64,000 bases of DNA from an uncultured Acidobacteriota bacterium (GCA_963809485.1 CAWEJX010000020.1:1280001-1344000); one strand, 5' to 3'. Counted from the first letter of the stretch, positions 30,254 to 41,772 are shown. Program-made: numbers and translations. Notes: generated by a model not told the origin, from the letters alone.

Positions 30254-30601
30254 ATGGAAACCTTACAACGGATTCAGCTCGAAAAACAGCGGGATGCTTT
30301 GCTGGAACAATTGCACGGAATTGGCAACCTCATGCGCGGAACCCTGGTTCAGACGAAGGTCCGCTGCGGACGCAAAGGTTGTGTCTGCGAAACTGGCGAG
30401 AAGCATGTGAAGGTGCATTTGTCTCTGAATCTCCACGGGCGCACCCGAGGCTGTTATGTGGGAGAGCGGGAAGAAGCAGTTGCTGCCCTGATCCGCGAAT
30501 ATCAGCGTGCGTGGCACCTGATCGAACAGTTGACGGAAGTGAACCTGGAACTCATCCGCGGGAATCATCCGGGCGGACGACGGAGCAAGAAACGGAGATG
30601 A
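30254..30601 (+). CDS. Transposase-associated small protein (DUF6788-like)
   Basis: LMRGTL...RCGRKGCVC..GEKH; stop overlaps the start of the transposase. Confidence 0.7.
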   Translation: METLQRIQLEKQRDALLEQLHGIGNLMRGTLVQTKVRCGRKGCVCETGEKHVKVHLSLNLHGRTRGCYVGEREEAVAALIREYQRAWHLIEQLTEVNLELIRGNHPGGRRSKKRR

Positions 30602-31160
30602 AAAACCAACGAATCCTCCCTTATGTGGTTGAAGTGATGGATAAGCCGGAGGGGATCACGGCTTGGGCGGGACTGCCATCGGTGCTGGATGCCATAAGAG
30701 CCTTCGGTCTGGACGAGGTGGTTCAGCAACAGATTCGAGTGCGCAGGAGAAATCGGGGCTACCGCGAATCAAAGAAAGTCGAGGCGCTTGTTCTGCTTAT
30801 GGCTGCGGGCGGCGAATGCGTCGACGATATCCAGATGCTGAAAGCCGATGCGGGATTATGCCGGCTGGTGGGGGATTTTCCGAGTGCGGATGCGCTCCTG
30901 ACGTTTTTGTACGCTTTTCACGATGAGGCGCTGATCGAGAAAGCTCGGTCGCAATTGACGGGAGATCGAGTGGCCTTTATTCCTGAAGAGAACAGAGCGC
31001 TGCAGGGATTGGCGGAAGTCAACAAAGCCCTGGTGCATCGGGTGGCGGCGCAGGGGAGCTGCAGGCGGGCGACCCTGGATCATGATGCGACCATTCAGGA
31101 AAGCCACAAGCGCGAAGCCCAGCCGCACTACAAAGGAGGACGCGGGTACCAGCCAGAGAC
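30598..31160 (+). pseudogene. IS1380-family transposase, 3'-truncated
   Basis: TAWAGL, GGECVDD, TLDHDAT, YKGGRGYQP, then an abrupt junction. Confidence 0.75.
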
Positions 31161-31498
31161 CGCTTCAGTTGTCTGCCAATGGGTATGCTGCGGCGTTCGC
31201 AAATGAGTTTATCATGGGCTTACCCACCGGCTTCACAGGCGTGTTGGACGTCAGCGCCGCAACGCCCTTTGCAGCCCTCACGTTGCGCTCACTCGTTAAC
31301 GAGCGCGATGATTTTATGATGACCACATTCCCGATTGCCAGCGCTGATAAAGATGCTCCATCGCCGATTGTATTCCCGCAGATCGTTGATGGAGGCGGCT
31401 ATGTCACGGAATTTATCATGATTGGTGCAGGTGAAGCATCGAGCATGGAATTCGGTTTTTATGATGAAATCGGCGAACCAATTGATCTTGGCGACTAG
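31161..31498 (+). pseudogene. C-terminal fragment of a secreted protein
   Basis: PFAALTLRSLVNERDDFMMTTFP...FPQIVDGGGYVTEF; N-terminus missing. Confidence 0.55.
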
Positions 31499-31674
31499 GG
31501 GCGAAATTTCCGGAAAATCCGCCTCGAAGCGGCCTTGTAGTGAACTCCATTCCTCCCAAACTATTGTGGCTCTTGCTGCTTCCCCATCTTCGCGGACCGC
31601 TCCATCATCTGCTCCAGCGCATCAAGGCATCGAGGTTTGAGTTCTACGACTTCAAAGCCTCAATCTCGGTATCC

Positions 31675-32067
31675 TTGAAGCGGATCGTTTTGCTGGCCTG
31701 CCTGGGCGCCAATAAACGCATTCCCGGTGCCAATTGTGCTGGAATATCCCGCCTCTCTCCCGAAGAATGAGTTAAATGTGCCCGATATATTGGAGTAGCC
31801 GGAATACGCCCCGACAAACGAATTGGAGCTGCCTGTGGTGTTGGACGCTCCCGAGCCCTATCCAAAGAAGGAATTGTATTGGCCGTTCGACAGGTTCGAG
31901 TATCCTGCAGATAAGCCGAAAAATGCATTATGGACACCCAGAGTCCCGGCATCGTAACCGAAGGAACTGATGCTGGTGTTATGAATTTCAGTCGTTCGCG
32001 CTGGATTGCCGTTGACGGCCAGTGCAATCGCCATGAAGACAATGATCCAAAGCCAAGTGCGTCTCAT
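31675..32067 (-). pseudogene. Secreted (N-x-F-x-G-x-x-A-G) repeat protein, in-frame TAG and truncated
   Basis: Signal peptide; NAFFGLSAG, NSFFG*GSG, NSFVGAYSG, NSFFGREAG repeats. Confidence 0.6.
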
Positions 32068-32493
32068 TTCAGGATCCCTCCACTGACATTAGCCGGCGCC
32101 TGTAAAGCCGGGATGCATAATCCTTCAGATTCAGGTGGGGCAAATTTCCGTAAGGCTGCCATTTGCGCCTGCCGGGCTTTTCAGGCGAAATCCGATAGCT
32201 GAGCCGATTCCCATGCTTTCTTCTTTGTCGGACTTGGGCAGGAGAAGTATTCCGTTGAAATCGCTGCCATTGCATTCGTTATGGCGCCGTTTCCCTGCAT
32301 CAACAAGCGTCATCGGCGGTGTTTGGAGCACAGGTATTCGGGCATATGCTCTCCGCCCTGCAGGCTGCTGAGATGTATTTTGTGGACTCAAGGCACAGGG
32401 ATTTCCCTGGCGGCTTGCATGAAAAATATGGGACCGGAAATCGCGTCTAAGGCATGTCCTGGCTGCCGGAATCCGAGCTATCAATAATCACAG

Positions 32494-33888
32494 CTATAAT
32501 TTATCGTGGTCCGACCCCATTCGTAGGATGCTGGGAAGTGGTACGCCCTGGTCAACTAGAGAATTGTGCAGGATCCTGCAATCCAGTTGCCTGACGGCAA
32601 CTCCGTGCTTTATCGCCAGTGCGGCTGCCGTGCCGGCAGCCTGCCCCATGGCAATACAAAATTGGATCGGGGCCAGCAAGTCGTTGGCCACCGGATCCGA
32701 GGAAAAACAGCGCCCGGCAACGAGCAGTTTATCCACCTGGTTGGGTATCAGAGAGCGATAGGGCACATGCCAGTGGGGATGCTCCGGCGATACGGTATGG
32801 CGGAAATCCGGACACACTGCTATGGTATCGGGGAAGACCGTGCCGGAGAATATGTCCTGCTCCGTTAGAATGTGTTCGCCAATCAGTCTTCGGCTGCTGC
32901 GTACGCCAATCTGCGAGGCGGTATCCATAATAAAGCTGTTCTCGAAACCGGGCACATGCTCCTTTAAAAAACGTTGCGTTATCCGAGCCCTCTTGCGCCC
33001 GTTGACCTCCAGCCAAGTCAGATCGGCCGCATTTAGGGGATTTAGCCCGGGAATAAAATTGTTGACCCACATCACGTCCTCGCGCGTGGTCTTGATGTAC
33101 ATTGTGAAGCCCCCCAGACCCTCGAGCTCGCGCATCAAGTCGGCATACTTCAGCGCCTCCGATTCCCGGAAGGAGAAGTATCTGTTTGAGTCGACATTGC
33201 CTATCCGAAAGGTCAATGCCAGATGGGAAGACCTCATTGCAGGATTCATCGTACTGTCGAAAGGGGCGCCGGCAGACGCGAAAACATCGCCATCGCCTGT
33301 AGCGTCGATGATTACTTTTCCCAATACCGCCTGCCTGCCCGACTTGCTTTCACAGATTACACCCTGCACTTCATTCTGTTGCGCAAGGGCTCGGGTTTCC
33401 AATGAATGCAGCAATAGCTTTACTCGCGCCTCTGTCACCATGTCATTCAGGACACATTTGAGCGCCTCGGGATCAACAGTGGCGCTTAATCGGATCTTTC
33501 CTTCAATCACGCTGAAAGCGTAACGTTTCCAGTAGCTCACCAGCCTGCTATCGCTCGATCCCAGGTCTTTCTTCTCTGGATGAATGGCAGCGCCCATGGC
33601 ATCCAACCGGTCAACCACCTCCTGGCAGAGTCCGGCAATTTGCTGCTCGGCCGTACCGTCGCTCATAGGCATGATCACCAACACCAATCCGCCGGTAGCC
33701 ATACCTCCCAAATGGCCGTATCTTTCCAGGAGCACTGTGCTTGCGCCATTCCGCGCCGCCGCCACCGCCGCAGCGCATCCAGCCGCGCCACCGCCGACTA
33801 CCACCACATCGGCCTCCTGGCAGACGCTGACTTCCCGCGCCGGTTCATGGATCGTCCTGTTGCCTACTGATTGCTCCGTAATAGTCAC
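32494..33888 (-). CDS. FAD-dependent oxidoreductase
   Basis: VVVVGGGAAG, IDATGDGD, LLVAGRCFS. Confidence 0.88.
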   Translation of the reverse strand: MTITEQSVGNRTIHEPAREVSVCQEADVVVVGGGAAGCAAAVAAARNGASTVLLERYGHLGGMATGGLVLVIMPMSDGTAEQQIAGLCQEVVDRLDAMGAAIHPEKKDLGSSDSRLVSYWKRYAFSVIEGKIRLSATVDPEALKCVLNDMVTEARVKLLLHSLETRALAQQNEVQGVICESKSGRQAVLGKVIIDATGDGDVFASAGAPFDSTMNPAMRSSHLALTFRIGNVDSNRYFSFRESEALKYADLMRELEGLGGFTMYIKTTREDVMWVNNFIPGLNPLNAADLTWLEVNGRKRARITQRFLKEHVPGFENSFIMDTASQIGVRSSRRLIGEHILTEQDIFSGTVFPDTIAVCPDFRHTVSPEHPHWHVPYRSLIPNQVDKLLVAGRCFSSDPVANDLLAPIQFCIAMGQAAGTAAALAIKHGVAVRQLDCRILHNSLVDQGVPLPSILRMGSDHDKL

Positions 33889-34029
33889 CTCCCGTTCCGG
33901 AAATTCAGCCTTTCAGAGCCGCGCCACAGGCGCAGTTCCATTACAAGGCGTCAGCTTTGACACCATATTGGGATCAAAGGCTTCCTCAACAAAATCTGTG
34001 GGTAGATTCCGGCTGTGGTTGAATAGCAG

Positions 34030-35874
34030 CTATCCGGCATAAACACCTGTGTAGTCCTTGTTGTGGGCTTCCCAGTTTTCTCTAAGCTTGCCCCAATAAC
34101 CCAGGGGCCGTTCCCCAACCTTCACCTTGCCGTTCTCCAGCTTTACAGTGACAAACTTATTCCACTCGGATGGATCCACTTGCGGATAATCTATCCTCTG
34201 GAAGTCCAAATGTCGGCTGCTTGCCTTGCGCGCCAGAGAGGCATGAATGATAGTTTGAGAGTAAGTGAGAATGCTCAGATCCTCCAGGCTGCGCACCAGC
34301 TTGTGCGGATCAAGGGCATAGAGCTTGGGCGCCCAGTCTTGTTCAATTTCCTTAAGGGCATCCAGCCCCATATTGAGCAGCTTTTCAGTCTTATATTCGC
34401 TGCAGAAGTACTGCATCATTCGCGAAATTCCAGCATGCAGTTCCTTCCACTCTATGCCGTTGCTTCTCTTGATCGGGGCGTAGACGCGGGCCTTCTCCCG
34501 CGCGACCTGCTCCTTCGATATCGCCGGCCGGCTTGATTGCAGGGCATGGTCGGCTGCTTTTCTGCCGGCATACCTGCCTGTGGCTGCTGCGTAGCTATGG
34601 TCCCCGGGCGAATACGTCTGTTCTCCGGCAGCATACAGCCCGTCCACGGTGGTCTTCAAATCCCAATCAACAACAGGACCGCCACGGGTGCCGCCGCTGT
34701 CCACGGAGCGGAAATGGGCAGGGGCGCTTCCCTCGATTAATGTATAGGTCGGGAACAGATCCTTGTTCGGATCAAATCCAGCCTCAATATATTTCCTCCT
34801 TATGGCTTTAGTCGTCGATTCCTCCACGTACATCAAATTCCAGTTGACCTTTCGCCAGTTCTCCGACAGAGAAGGAAAGTCACCCCAGAAAGGCAGAGCC
34901 AAATCCCCTTTGAGCACAGCCTCACGCAGATTGTCACCTGACGGGAGCGCTTTGCCGTTGTCATCAACCTGTGAAAGATGCTCGAAAGCGGCATCGATGC
35001 CTGTATACCACTTGTGTTTGTAACCGGTTCCCAAACGCAAAGGACCGCTCTTCTCCATCATTGTAAGCTCTGCGCCGGCCCTAAATGCCATAGCTGTGCC
35101 ATCGCCGGAATTGTTGCGGGACCTGAAGGTGGAAATGCCGGCCAATTCCGTGTTGAAAACCCAGATGGATCCGACTCCTGCTGCGGAGAGCACAACCGCC
35201 TTGGCTTTGAATATGATGAATTCGCCGGTTCTGGTATTAACTCCGGTTGCGCCTGCCACGCGAGCGCCCTGGATGCCATTTTCGTTCAGGAGGCTGGTAG
35301 CCATAACTCTATCGAAGATCCTGACTCCCAAACGATCGCACTCCTTTTTTAATGCAGGCTTAAATGTGGTTCCCCAAAAGCGCAGATATCCATTGATAGG
35401 TTGAGACCTTTCCGCAAGAATGAGCTTGGTCTTTTCGTCCCTGCCCCAGGCTCCCACGTACTCATTCTCCGAATCTCTAATCTTTCCCCCCATCCTCTCT
35501 ATCTCTAACAAAGCGTCGTAGCTTTCGCGGCATTGTATATAGCGGCCAGGTCCACAGCAGTATCCGCCGTCACTGTCAATGTCCTTTTGGGCCTTGGTTT
35601 CAGGATCCATGTTGGACAAAGGACTGGTCATTGGGTTCGCCCAGTGGTCGCCTCCCAACCCTCCGGCGCCGCTTCTTATCGTCGCCGCTTTTTCTACCAC
35701 AGCAACATTGACACCTTTCTTCCTGGCAGCGCTGATGGCCGCCCAGCATCCGGCTATCCCGCCGCCGATAACCAATACATCGGTCTCAATTGTTTGCTCC
35801 TGTTCATAACGTATTGGGTACGGCCATTCAGGCAAACGGTTATCCTTTTCCAGGAGCTCATGCCATGAAGTCAT
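34030..35874 (-). CDS. FAD-binding protein, AprA/SdhA-like flavoprotein
   Basis: DVLVIGGGIAG, GLYAAGE, ASLARKAS...QRIDYP. Confidence 0.85.
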   Translation of the reverse strand: MTSWHELLEKDNRLPEWPYPIRYEQEQTIETDVLVIGGGIAGCWAAISAARKKGVNVAVVEKAATIRSGAGGLGGDHWANPMTSPLSNMDPETKAQKDIDSDGGYCCGPGRYIQCRESYDALLEIERMGGKIRDSENEYVGAWGRDEKTKLILAERSQPINGYLRFWGTTFKPALKKECDRLGVRIFDRVMATSLLNENGIQGARVAGATGVNTRTGEFIIFKAKAVVLSAAGVGSIWVFNTELAGISTFRSRNNSGDGTAMAFRAGAELTMMEKSGPLRLGTGYKHKWYTGIDAAFEHLSQVDDNGKALPSGDNLREAVLKGDLALPFWGDFPSLSENWRKVNWNLMYVEESTTKAIRRKYIEAGFDPNKDLFPTYTLIEGSAPAHFRSVDSGGTRGGPVVDWDLKTTVDGLYAAGEQTYSPGDHSYAAATGRYAGRKAADHALQSSRPAISKEQVAREKARVYAPIKRSNGIEWKELHAGISRMMQYFCSEYKTEKLLNMGLDALKEIEQDWAPKLYALDPHKLVRSLEDLSILTYSQTIIHASLARKASSRHLDFQRIDYPQVDPSEWNKFVTVKLENGKVKVGERPLGYWGKLRENWEAHNKDYTGVYAG

Positions 35875-36278
35875 CTTTTGGCCTCCTTCCAAGCCCGACA
35901 TTGCGGCGGGCCGATCTTCTGCATCTCTTTCCTTCTACTTTTGAATGGGCAAGAGGATAGCACAAAATCTACTTTTTAACCCCATTCGGCGTTTGGTGCG
36001 ACAGTCCAAAGCTCGCTGGAAAAGGAGCAGCATTTCCTTTTTCAGCCGGCTTGCGCCCGTTGTAGGCTTGGGAAGTGGATCAGGAATTGAAAGGGTAACC
36101 CGATACTGGGCAAATGAAGGGCCTCGAAGCCAAACCGGCAGCCAATGCTTCCTATCCATGTCGCATGCCTAGACGGTAGGGCGAAAGCGCCGTGCCCGCC
36201 ACTTCGGCGCTCGTTTTGCTTCTGCCCTGTTTTAAGCTGCACGGCAGGCGATTCCAGCTGAGAAATCGTCCTGCAGGG

Positions 36279-37217
36279 TCACCGTTTCGGCGCCGGAGTG
36301 TCAACGTTGGTGCCGGTAGGGCCCCGGTAGTCGCTCATCGAGAGATGCGTCAGCGTGTGCACGTAGCGCAGCTTGCCGTTCTCCATTCTGAACAGGTGCG
36401 TATCGGGTGCGCCGGTGATGCCGCCGGTGCCGCCGGCACCGAAAGTGCACCAGACCACTACCGCGCCGATCACTTCATCCACCACAAAGCGGCGGTTGGC
36501 GACGTTCACGCCGGCCGGCATGCCGGCTTCGCAGGTATCCGCGTCCGTTCCCTTCGCGGTGGTCATGCCGCCCTCGATTCGAACGCACGGGTAGCCCCAG
36601 GGAACCAGGTCGATCTTCGCCTCCAGGAAGGCGTCAAGGTAGGCGTTGGCGCCGCGCACCAGCTCGGCGCGGGTGTTGCGCCGGTCGGCGGGGATGGGTC
36701 CCCAATTCTCTTTCGACGAATACTCCAAGTAGTTGTCGGCGTTGAACAGCCACTGCCCCGTCGTGGTCGTAATTAGCTCGATCTCGGCGATCTTGTCGTG
36801 ATTGACGCGCATCCGCACGCCGATCACATATGGGTTGGCCTTGTCGGTCACGATGACCTCGGTGAAGGTCTGGCACGAGGCGTCGTCATAGAGGCTCATG
36901 CTCTTGTCGATGATGAGCGGCTTGGTGATGAAGCCGGTCTTGATGTCGGCGGGCTTCATGTTCTCCTGGTAGCCGAGGCCGTTGGCAAGCGGCAGAATGG
37001 AGATGTCGCCCTTGGCTTGCGCGGCCAAGTAGAGCCTGACGGCATGTTGCAGGCCGCCGCGCTGGCAAGACACCATCGGCACCTGCGTGGCCTGCACCCC
37101 CGGAGGAGGATCCCCTGGTTTTGCTTTAGCCTTTGGTGCCTGTGCATGTCCCAACGCGGGGATCAGCATCGCGGCGCAGAGCGCGACGCACATCGTGACT
37201 AAATTCCTATGTTTCAC
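36279..37217 (-). CDS. Secreted hypothetical protein
   Basis: Signal peptide; strong GC3 codon bias; HLFRMENGKLRYVHTLT. Confidence 0.75.
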   Translation of the reverse strand: MKHRNLVTMCVALCAAMLIPALGHAQAPKAKAKPGDPPPGVQATQVPMVSCQRGGLQHAVRLYLAAQAKGDISILPLANGLGYQENMKPADIKTGFITKPLIIDKSMSLYDDASCQTFTEVIVTDKANPYVIGVRMRVNHDKIAEIELITTTTGQWLFNADNYLEYSSKENWGPIPADRRNTRAELVRGANAYLDAFLEAKIDLVPWGYPCVRIEGGMTTAKGTDADTCEAGMPAGVNVANRRFVVDEVIGAVVVWCTFGAGGTGGITGAPDTHLFRMENGKLRYVHTLTHLSMSDYRGPTGTNVDTPAPKR

Positions 37218-37658
37218 TGGTTTTCCTTTCCTGATGATGGTTGTATGGCATGGACAAGACGGACCGGCTGCGTTTCTGTTCCCGCCCCGTCGATCGATAC
37301 GAGGAATAAGCCGCGCTTTTTCGGATCGGCTTCCCTATCAAGTCCCGTCCCGGCTTCCGATCAGATGTGTTACGCAAGCTGTTCTTGAATTTCATTATGT
37401 GATTTTACTACAGTGGAGGATCGAGACGGCTGAATAAACTGAAAATATACGCAGTTCGATTATTCAGTCCGGCATGCCGGCGGATCCGAATGCCTTAATC
37501 GGAAGGGGCGTACACCAATTTCTAAAGCTGGATGCAGATTATTTGACTTATCCAATCGGTCCATTTTTACCGACTCTGACATCGGGAGAATGTTTAATAA
37601 TGACCTCACCAAATAGCGAGTTCGCCCACGTTTCCATTGCTTCCACACGACACACCCC

Positions 37659-38576
37659 TCAGCTAACAAAAGTAACATTCAAACCTTTTGTATAGGTGAC
37701 GCGATTGTCTTTTTCGAGGAAGACTGCATGAGCACCAAATGTTCCAGCAAGCTGTGATCCCTCGACAGGTCCCATGACGAACATAGCGGTTGTGAGGGCA
37801 TCTGCCAGCATAGAGCTTTTTGTGCAGGCCGTTACGGTCATCAAATTATTTTCAACCGGCCAGCCGGTGCGCGGATCGAGAATATGATGATACCAATTGC
37901 CATTCTCTGCGAAGCCGCGTTCATAGATGCCACTTGTAACTACCGCGCTGTCCTGGCTTTCCACAAAGGCCCAAAAATCCTCACCCCGTTTTCCCAAAGG
38001 GTTCTGCAGCCCAACCTTCCAGGCCGAACCATCCGGCTTGCTCCCTACTGTCACTACATTGCCGCCAAAATTGAGCATGGCATGTTTGACACCACGCTCT
38101 CTCAGGAAATTGGCGATTTCGTCCGCGATATACCCCTTGGCTATCCCGCCCAGATCGATCTGCATTTCGGGAGGCATTCTTACAGAATTCCCCGCAAGCC
38201 GTATTCTTGTGCAGTCTGCGCAGGCAGCAGCATCCGAAAGTGCATTGGCGTCCGGTACAATCGTCGAGCCATCGGTGAAATGCCACAATGCCACTGCCGG
38301 CCCGACAGCGATATCAAAAGCTCCGGCGGAAGCCTCACTGACCTCCTGAGCCAGCCTTAATATCGCCATTGTCTTCTCATTTACGGTTACAGCCGTACCT
38401 TCCGCATGATTCACCCGCCACACGTCGCTTCCATGTACCGTTTTGCTCAAAAGATCATTGTACTTTCGGCATTCGGCCATGGCTTCCACTAATACACTCT
38501 CGCTGCACCAGGCACGGATGGTATTGATGGTATCGAAATAGACGCCTTGTGCCGTAACACTGCCATCTTCCGACAC
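37659..38576 (-). CDS. apbE: FAD:protein FMN transferase
   Basis: DLGGIAKGY, TSGIYER, HHILDPRTGWP, ADALTTA. Confidence 0.92.
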   Translation of the reverse strand: MSEDGSVTAQGVYFDTINTIRAWCSESVLVEAMAECRKYNDLLSKTVHGSDVWRVNHAEGTAVTVNEKTMAILRLAQEVSEASAGAFDIAVGPAVALWHFTDGSTIVPDANALSDAAACADCTRIRLAGNSVRMPPEMQIDLGGIAKGYIADEIANFLRERGVKHAMLNFGGNVVTVGSKPDGSAWKVGLQNPLGKRGEDFWAFVESQDSAVVTSGIYERGFAENGNWYHHILDPRTGWPVENNLMTVTACTKSSMLADALTTAMFVMGPVEGSQLAGTFGAHAVFLEKDNRVTYTKGLNVTFVS

Positions 38577-38627
38577 AGCGAATTTGCCCTCCTCGAACCA
38601 AAACCGGATGAAAGGCTCAAACCATCG

Positions 38628-41144
38628 CTATAACGTTGCCAAATACTTCACTGCACTGATGCCAGCCAACCTACCGGATGTGAAGGCCCAGCCGAGCGCA
38701 CAACCTCCGTACCCTGCGTAAGCCATGTCGGGTGCGTAAAGAACGCCGCCGCTGTCATTCCCACAGGCATACAGTCCATTCATCCCGGTACCGTCCTTTT
38801 TCAATACGTTGATATTTGTATCAACATCAAGACCGGCAACGGTGGAGTAAGGGGTCGGGCAGTACTTGATCGCGTAATACGGAGCCCTATTGATGTTGGA
38901 AATCAGATTTGCGGATGGCTTGCCAAAATCGATATCTTTGCCTGTTGTACAGAATTCGAGGTACTTCTTGACCTCGGCCGTGAAATCAGACACAGGCACA
39001 CCTATTTGTGCCGCAAGTGCTTCCAGGCTTCCGGCTTTATAGACAAATCCTTTCTTGACAGCTGTATCCAATACCTCATAGATCTGAGGAATAGGAACGG
39101 CACACGGATAGCCGCCAAAACCATAAACGTAGGTAGACCGTGTAAAAGTACCGGGTTTTCCGGCGAAGCCTTTTTCCGCAAGATTATCGATATAGTCGCT
39201 GCCGTAAATGGTGAACCAGAAAGGGCCGCCCTTCCAGAAGTCATCCATTCGTGCGGCCTCACTATAGAAACGTTTACCATTCTTGGCTACATGCATGGCA
39301 GCAGAGTTGGATCCGAGTTGATAGGGAACATCGTTGAGCGACCAGGTTTGTTGCTTTTGAGTGCGCTCGTTCACGCCGTCCCTGTAGTACACCGGATACC
39401 GGGTGATGATGTCAGCCGAGCCGGAGAAGTGTGTGCAGGGCACCATTTCGATATTGAATGTGGAAGCGCCATTGTCGATGGCAGACTGTAGCATCTGGCC
39501 TTTGTTCTGTGCCATGCCCCACAATTTCCAGACGCCCTTTAGCGGATAGTATTGATTGCCCAGGTATTTCTCTTCCATCGCTGCGCTGCCGGCGAAACCG
39601 CCGCCGGCGAGAATGACCACATCGGCGTTGATAACATACTCGGTGCCGTCATGGCATCTCGCCTTGACTCCCTTGACCCTATTTTTTGCCGGATCGTACA
39701 TCAACTGATAGCACTCGGTCTCCAGCATGTATTTTCCGCCCGCGTCTGTGAAATCCTTTACAATGCGATCAAAGTATTTTCCGACACATGTGGAGCGATC
39801 GCCAAAGACAGCATCTCGGGGCAAACCCTGGCCTGTACTCCGGTTGGTTATATAAACATACTGGAACTTATCCAACCAGGCATTCGAACCAAAGCCCGTC
39901 ATGGCGGTAGTGAAAAGGAAACCGTGATCAAAGTGCAGCCAGTCTATGGTATTGCCGGATTCATCCATCATTAATTTGACAATTTCTTTCTTGCAGGCGC
40001 CATGCGCATAGTCATTGACCCAGTTGCTGTAAAGGCTGTCGTAATCACAATAATCTTTCCCGTTGTTGTATGCAGCCTTAAACCGGGGTGGGTTAACCCC
40101 AAACGGTTCTCCTGCGTTGGCGGCCGTTCCCCCATATTTTCCCGCGACTTCTACAGCAAGAACGCTGACGGGCATGCCTCTGCTTTTCATATGTTCTGCT
40201 GCGCTCATGGCAGCCGCGCAGCCGGCACCTCCGAGACTGGTAACCACCACTCTATAATTGAGAGTAACCGTTTTGTTGACTCTCTCGGAATCTTTGTAGA
40301 AGTTCTTGATAGCGGACCCATCACTGCCGCCTGCCTTCAGAGCCTTGATCAATGCATCTCGGGTGGCCAGTTTGATGCCGCTGCTGGAGGCCGTAGCTCC
40401 AGTGATGGAGTCGACCGTAACCGATTGTTTATCAATCATCCGAGGGATCAGCAAGTCCTCTGCTGCTTTTAGTATCAAGGGTTCTTCGCGGTTAAGACCT
40501 CGATCAATGACGCGGATTGTTAGCACCTTGGTCTCGCTGACCGTAATGGCAACACGTACAGGCTCGATCCAGTCAAACCCCATAGCTTCACCAACATACG
40601 TACCAGCTTTCATTTCAACCACCGCAGGAGCTACCACGAGACCGGCCTTCTGCAGAATGGAATCCACATTCCTCAGAACGGCATTACTTGTCATCGTGGC
40701 GCCGGCCACGACATCAACCTTCGCGCTGTTTGCTGATACAATAGCTGCGGGCAGATGCTTAAGAGCAACGCCACCCCTGTCGGGAGTCTCATTTGGTCCT
40801 TCTGCCGTTACATCGGTGATGACGCTATTGGTAAGTGTCACCGTTGTAGTCACAACTCCACCAAATCCTCGCGATGCCGCAGTATAGGTTCCGGAAATTG
40901 CAGAGGTGTTTGCGGTGGTCGAAACCACGGTTTGGGCGGCCGTCTTGGTTGCCCGCGCTCCCGTTACTGTTGTTTTGGCTGTATCTGCAGCAGTTACTGG
41001 CGATGGTATATCCGTCCTATTCGATGATTGCGCCGTTTGAGTCGTGGTAAACGCACCTGCCGCGATTGCCTCCCCGCCGGCGACAAGAAAATCACGCCTT
41101 GACACAAGGTTCTTGCTTTTTCCCTGTTTCCTTTTGTCTGCCAT
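38628..41144 (-). CDS. Tat-exported flavocytochrome c/urocanate-reductase-like protein with two FMN-binding domains
   Basis: SRRDFL Tat motif; VDVVAGATMTS and VDSITGATASS; AGGGFAG; GLYACGND. Confidence 0.85.
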   Translation of the reverse strand: MADKRKQGKSKNLVSRRDFLVAGGEAIAAGAFTTTQTAQSSNRTDIPSPVTAADTAKTTVTGARATKTAAQTVVSTTANTSAISGTYTAASRGFGGVVTTTVTLTNSVITDVTAEGPNETPDRGGVALKHLPAAIVSANSAKVDVVAGATMTSNAVLRNVDSILQKAGLVVAPAVVEMKAGTYVGEAMGFDWIEPVRVAITVSETKVLTIRVIDRGLNREEPLILKAAEDLLIPRMIDKQSVTVDSITGATASSSGIKLATRDALIKALKAGGSDGSAIKNFYKDSERVNKTVTLNYRVVVTSLGGAGCAAAMSAAEHMKSRGMPVSVLAVEVAGKYGGTAANAGEPFGVNPPRFKAAYNNGKDYCDYDSLYSNWVNDYAHGACKKEIVKLMMDESGNTIDWLHFDHGFLFTTAMTGFGSNAWLDKFQYVYITNRSTGQGLPRDAVFGDRSTCVGKYFDRIVKDFTDAGGKYMLETECYQLMYDPAKNRVKGVKARCHDGTEYVINADVVILAGGGFAGSAAMEEKYLGNQYYPLKGVWKLWGMAQNKGQMLQSAIDNGASTFNIEMVPCTHFSGSADIITRYPVYYRDGVNERTQKQQTWSLNDVPYQLGSNSAAMHVAKNGKRFYSEAARMDDFWKGGPFWFTIYGSDYIDNLAEKGFAGKPGTFTRSTYVYGFGGYPCAVPIPQIYEVLDTAVKKGFVYKAGSLEALAAQIGVPVSDFTAEVKKYLEFCTTGKDIDFGKPSANLISNINRAPYYAIKYCPTPYSTVAGLDVDTNINVLKKDGTGMNGLYACGNDSGGVLYAPDMAYAGYGGCALGWAFTSGRLAGISAVKYLATL

Positions 41145-41772
41145 CAAATATCGCCTCCCCTATTGGCGCTCCTCCTAATGCGAGCGGCAGTAACTGGCCT
41201 TAAGGCTTACCACGCTTTTCGCCCGGGACTCTGTACCGAAAAGGGATATCCGCGCTTCTGAACAATGGATCCTCGTGCGTAAGAGGTTGGTTTCGGACGC
41301 AATGCGAAACACGTATCTCTTTGATTTTATCCCAGGCGCGGTGATTGTGAACCGGCAAGCATATCGCGCAGGCATAAATATCAATGCTTCAAACGCCTTT
41401 CGAGGGCAATCGTCCTTGGAAAATTCTTTCTCAAAATACTGCAACACACGCTCAGCGCATCAAGCAATGCTGCAGTGTTATCCGGCTCCGTTCTCCAGGC
41501 GGACGGCCTTTTTTACAGGACGGAGAGTATCAGAAATTCCGGCGATTGTTGTGCAAATCTGCCCATGCCGAATCAAAATCAGGATCATCTTGGATATTAA
41601 AGAAAAAATGGTAATAGTGGATCCCGATAATGTGATTTGTCGCCAAGAAATGAAGGATCTGAAGAAATAACGGACTTCAATTGCAGCGAATGGGGCATGA
41701 AAAGCAAGCTGATGGAGAAAGACCAACACGGAAGCCTTGAACTTCCGTCTATTTCCTAGTATATTTCCGAGC

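Noticed and set aside
31856-31862. In-frame TAG as pyrrolysine or read-through
   Set aside because: The gene is also truncated and no pyl genes are visible, so decay is the simpler explanation
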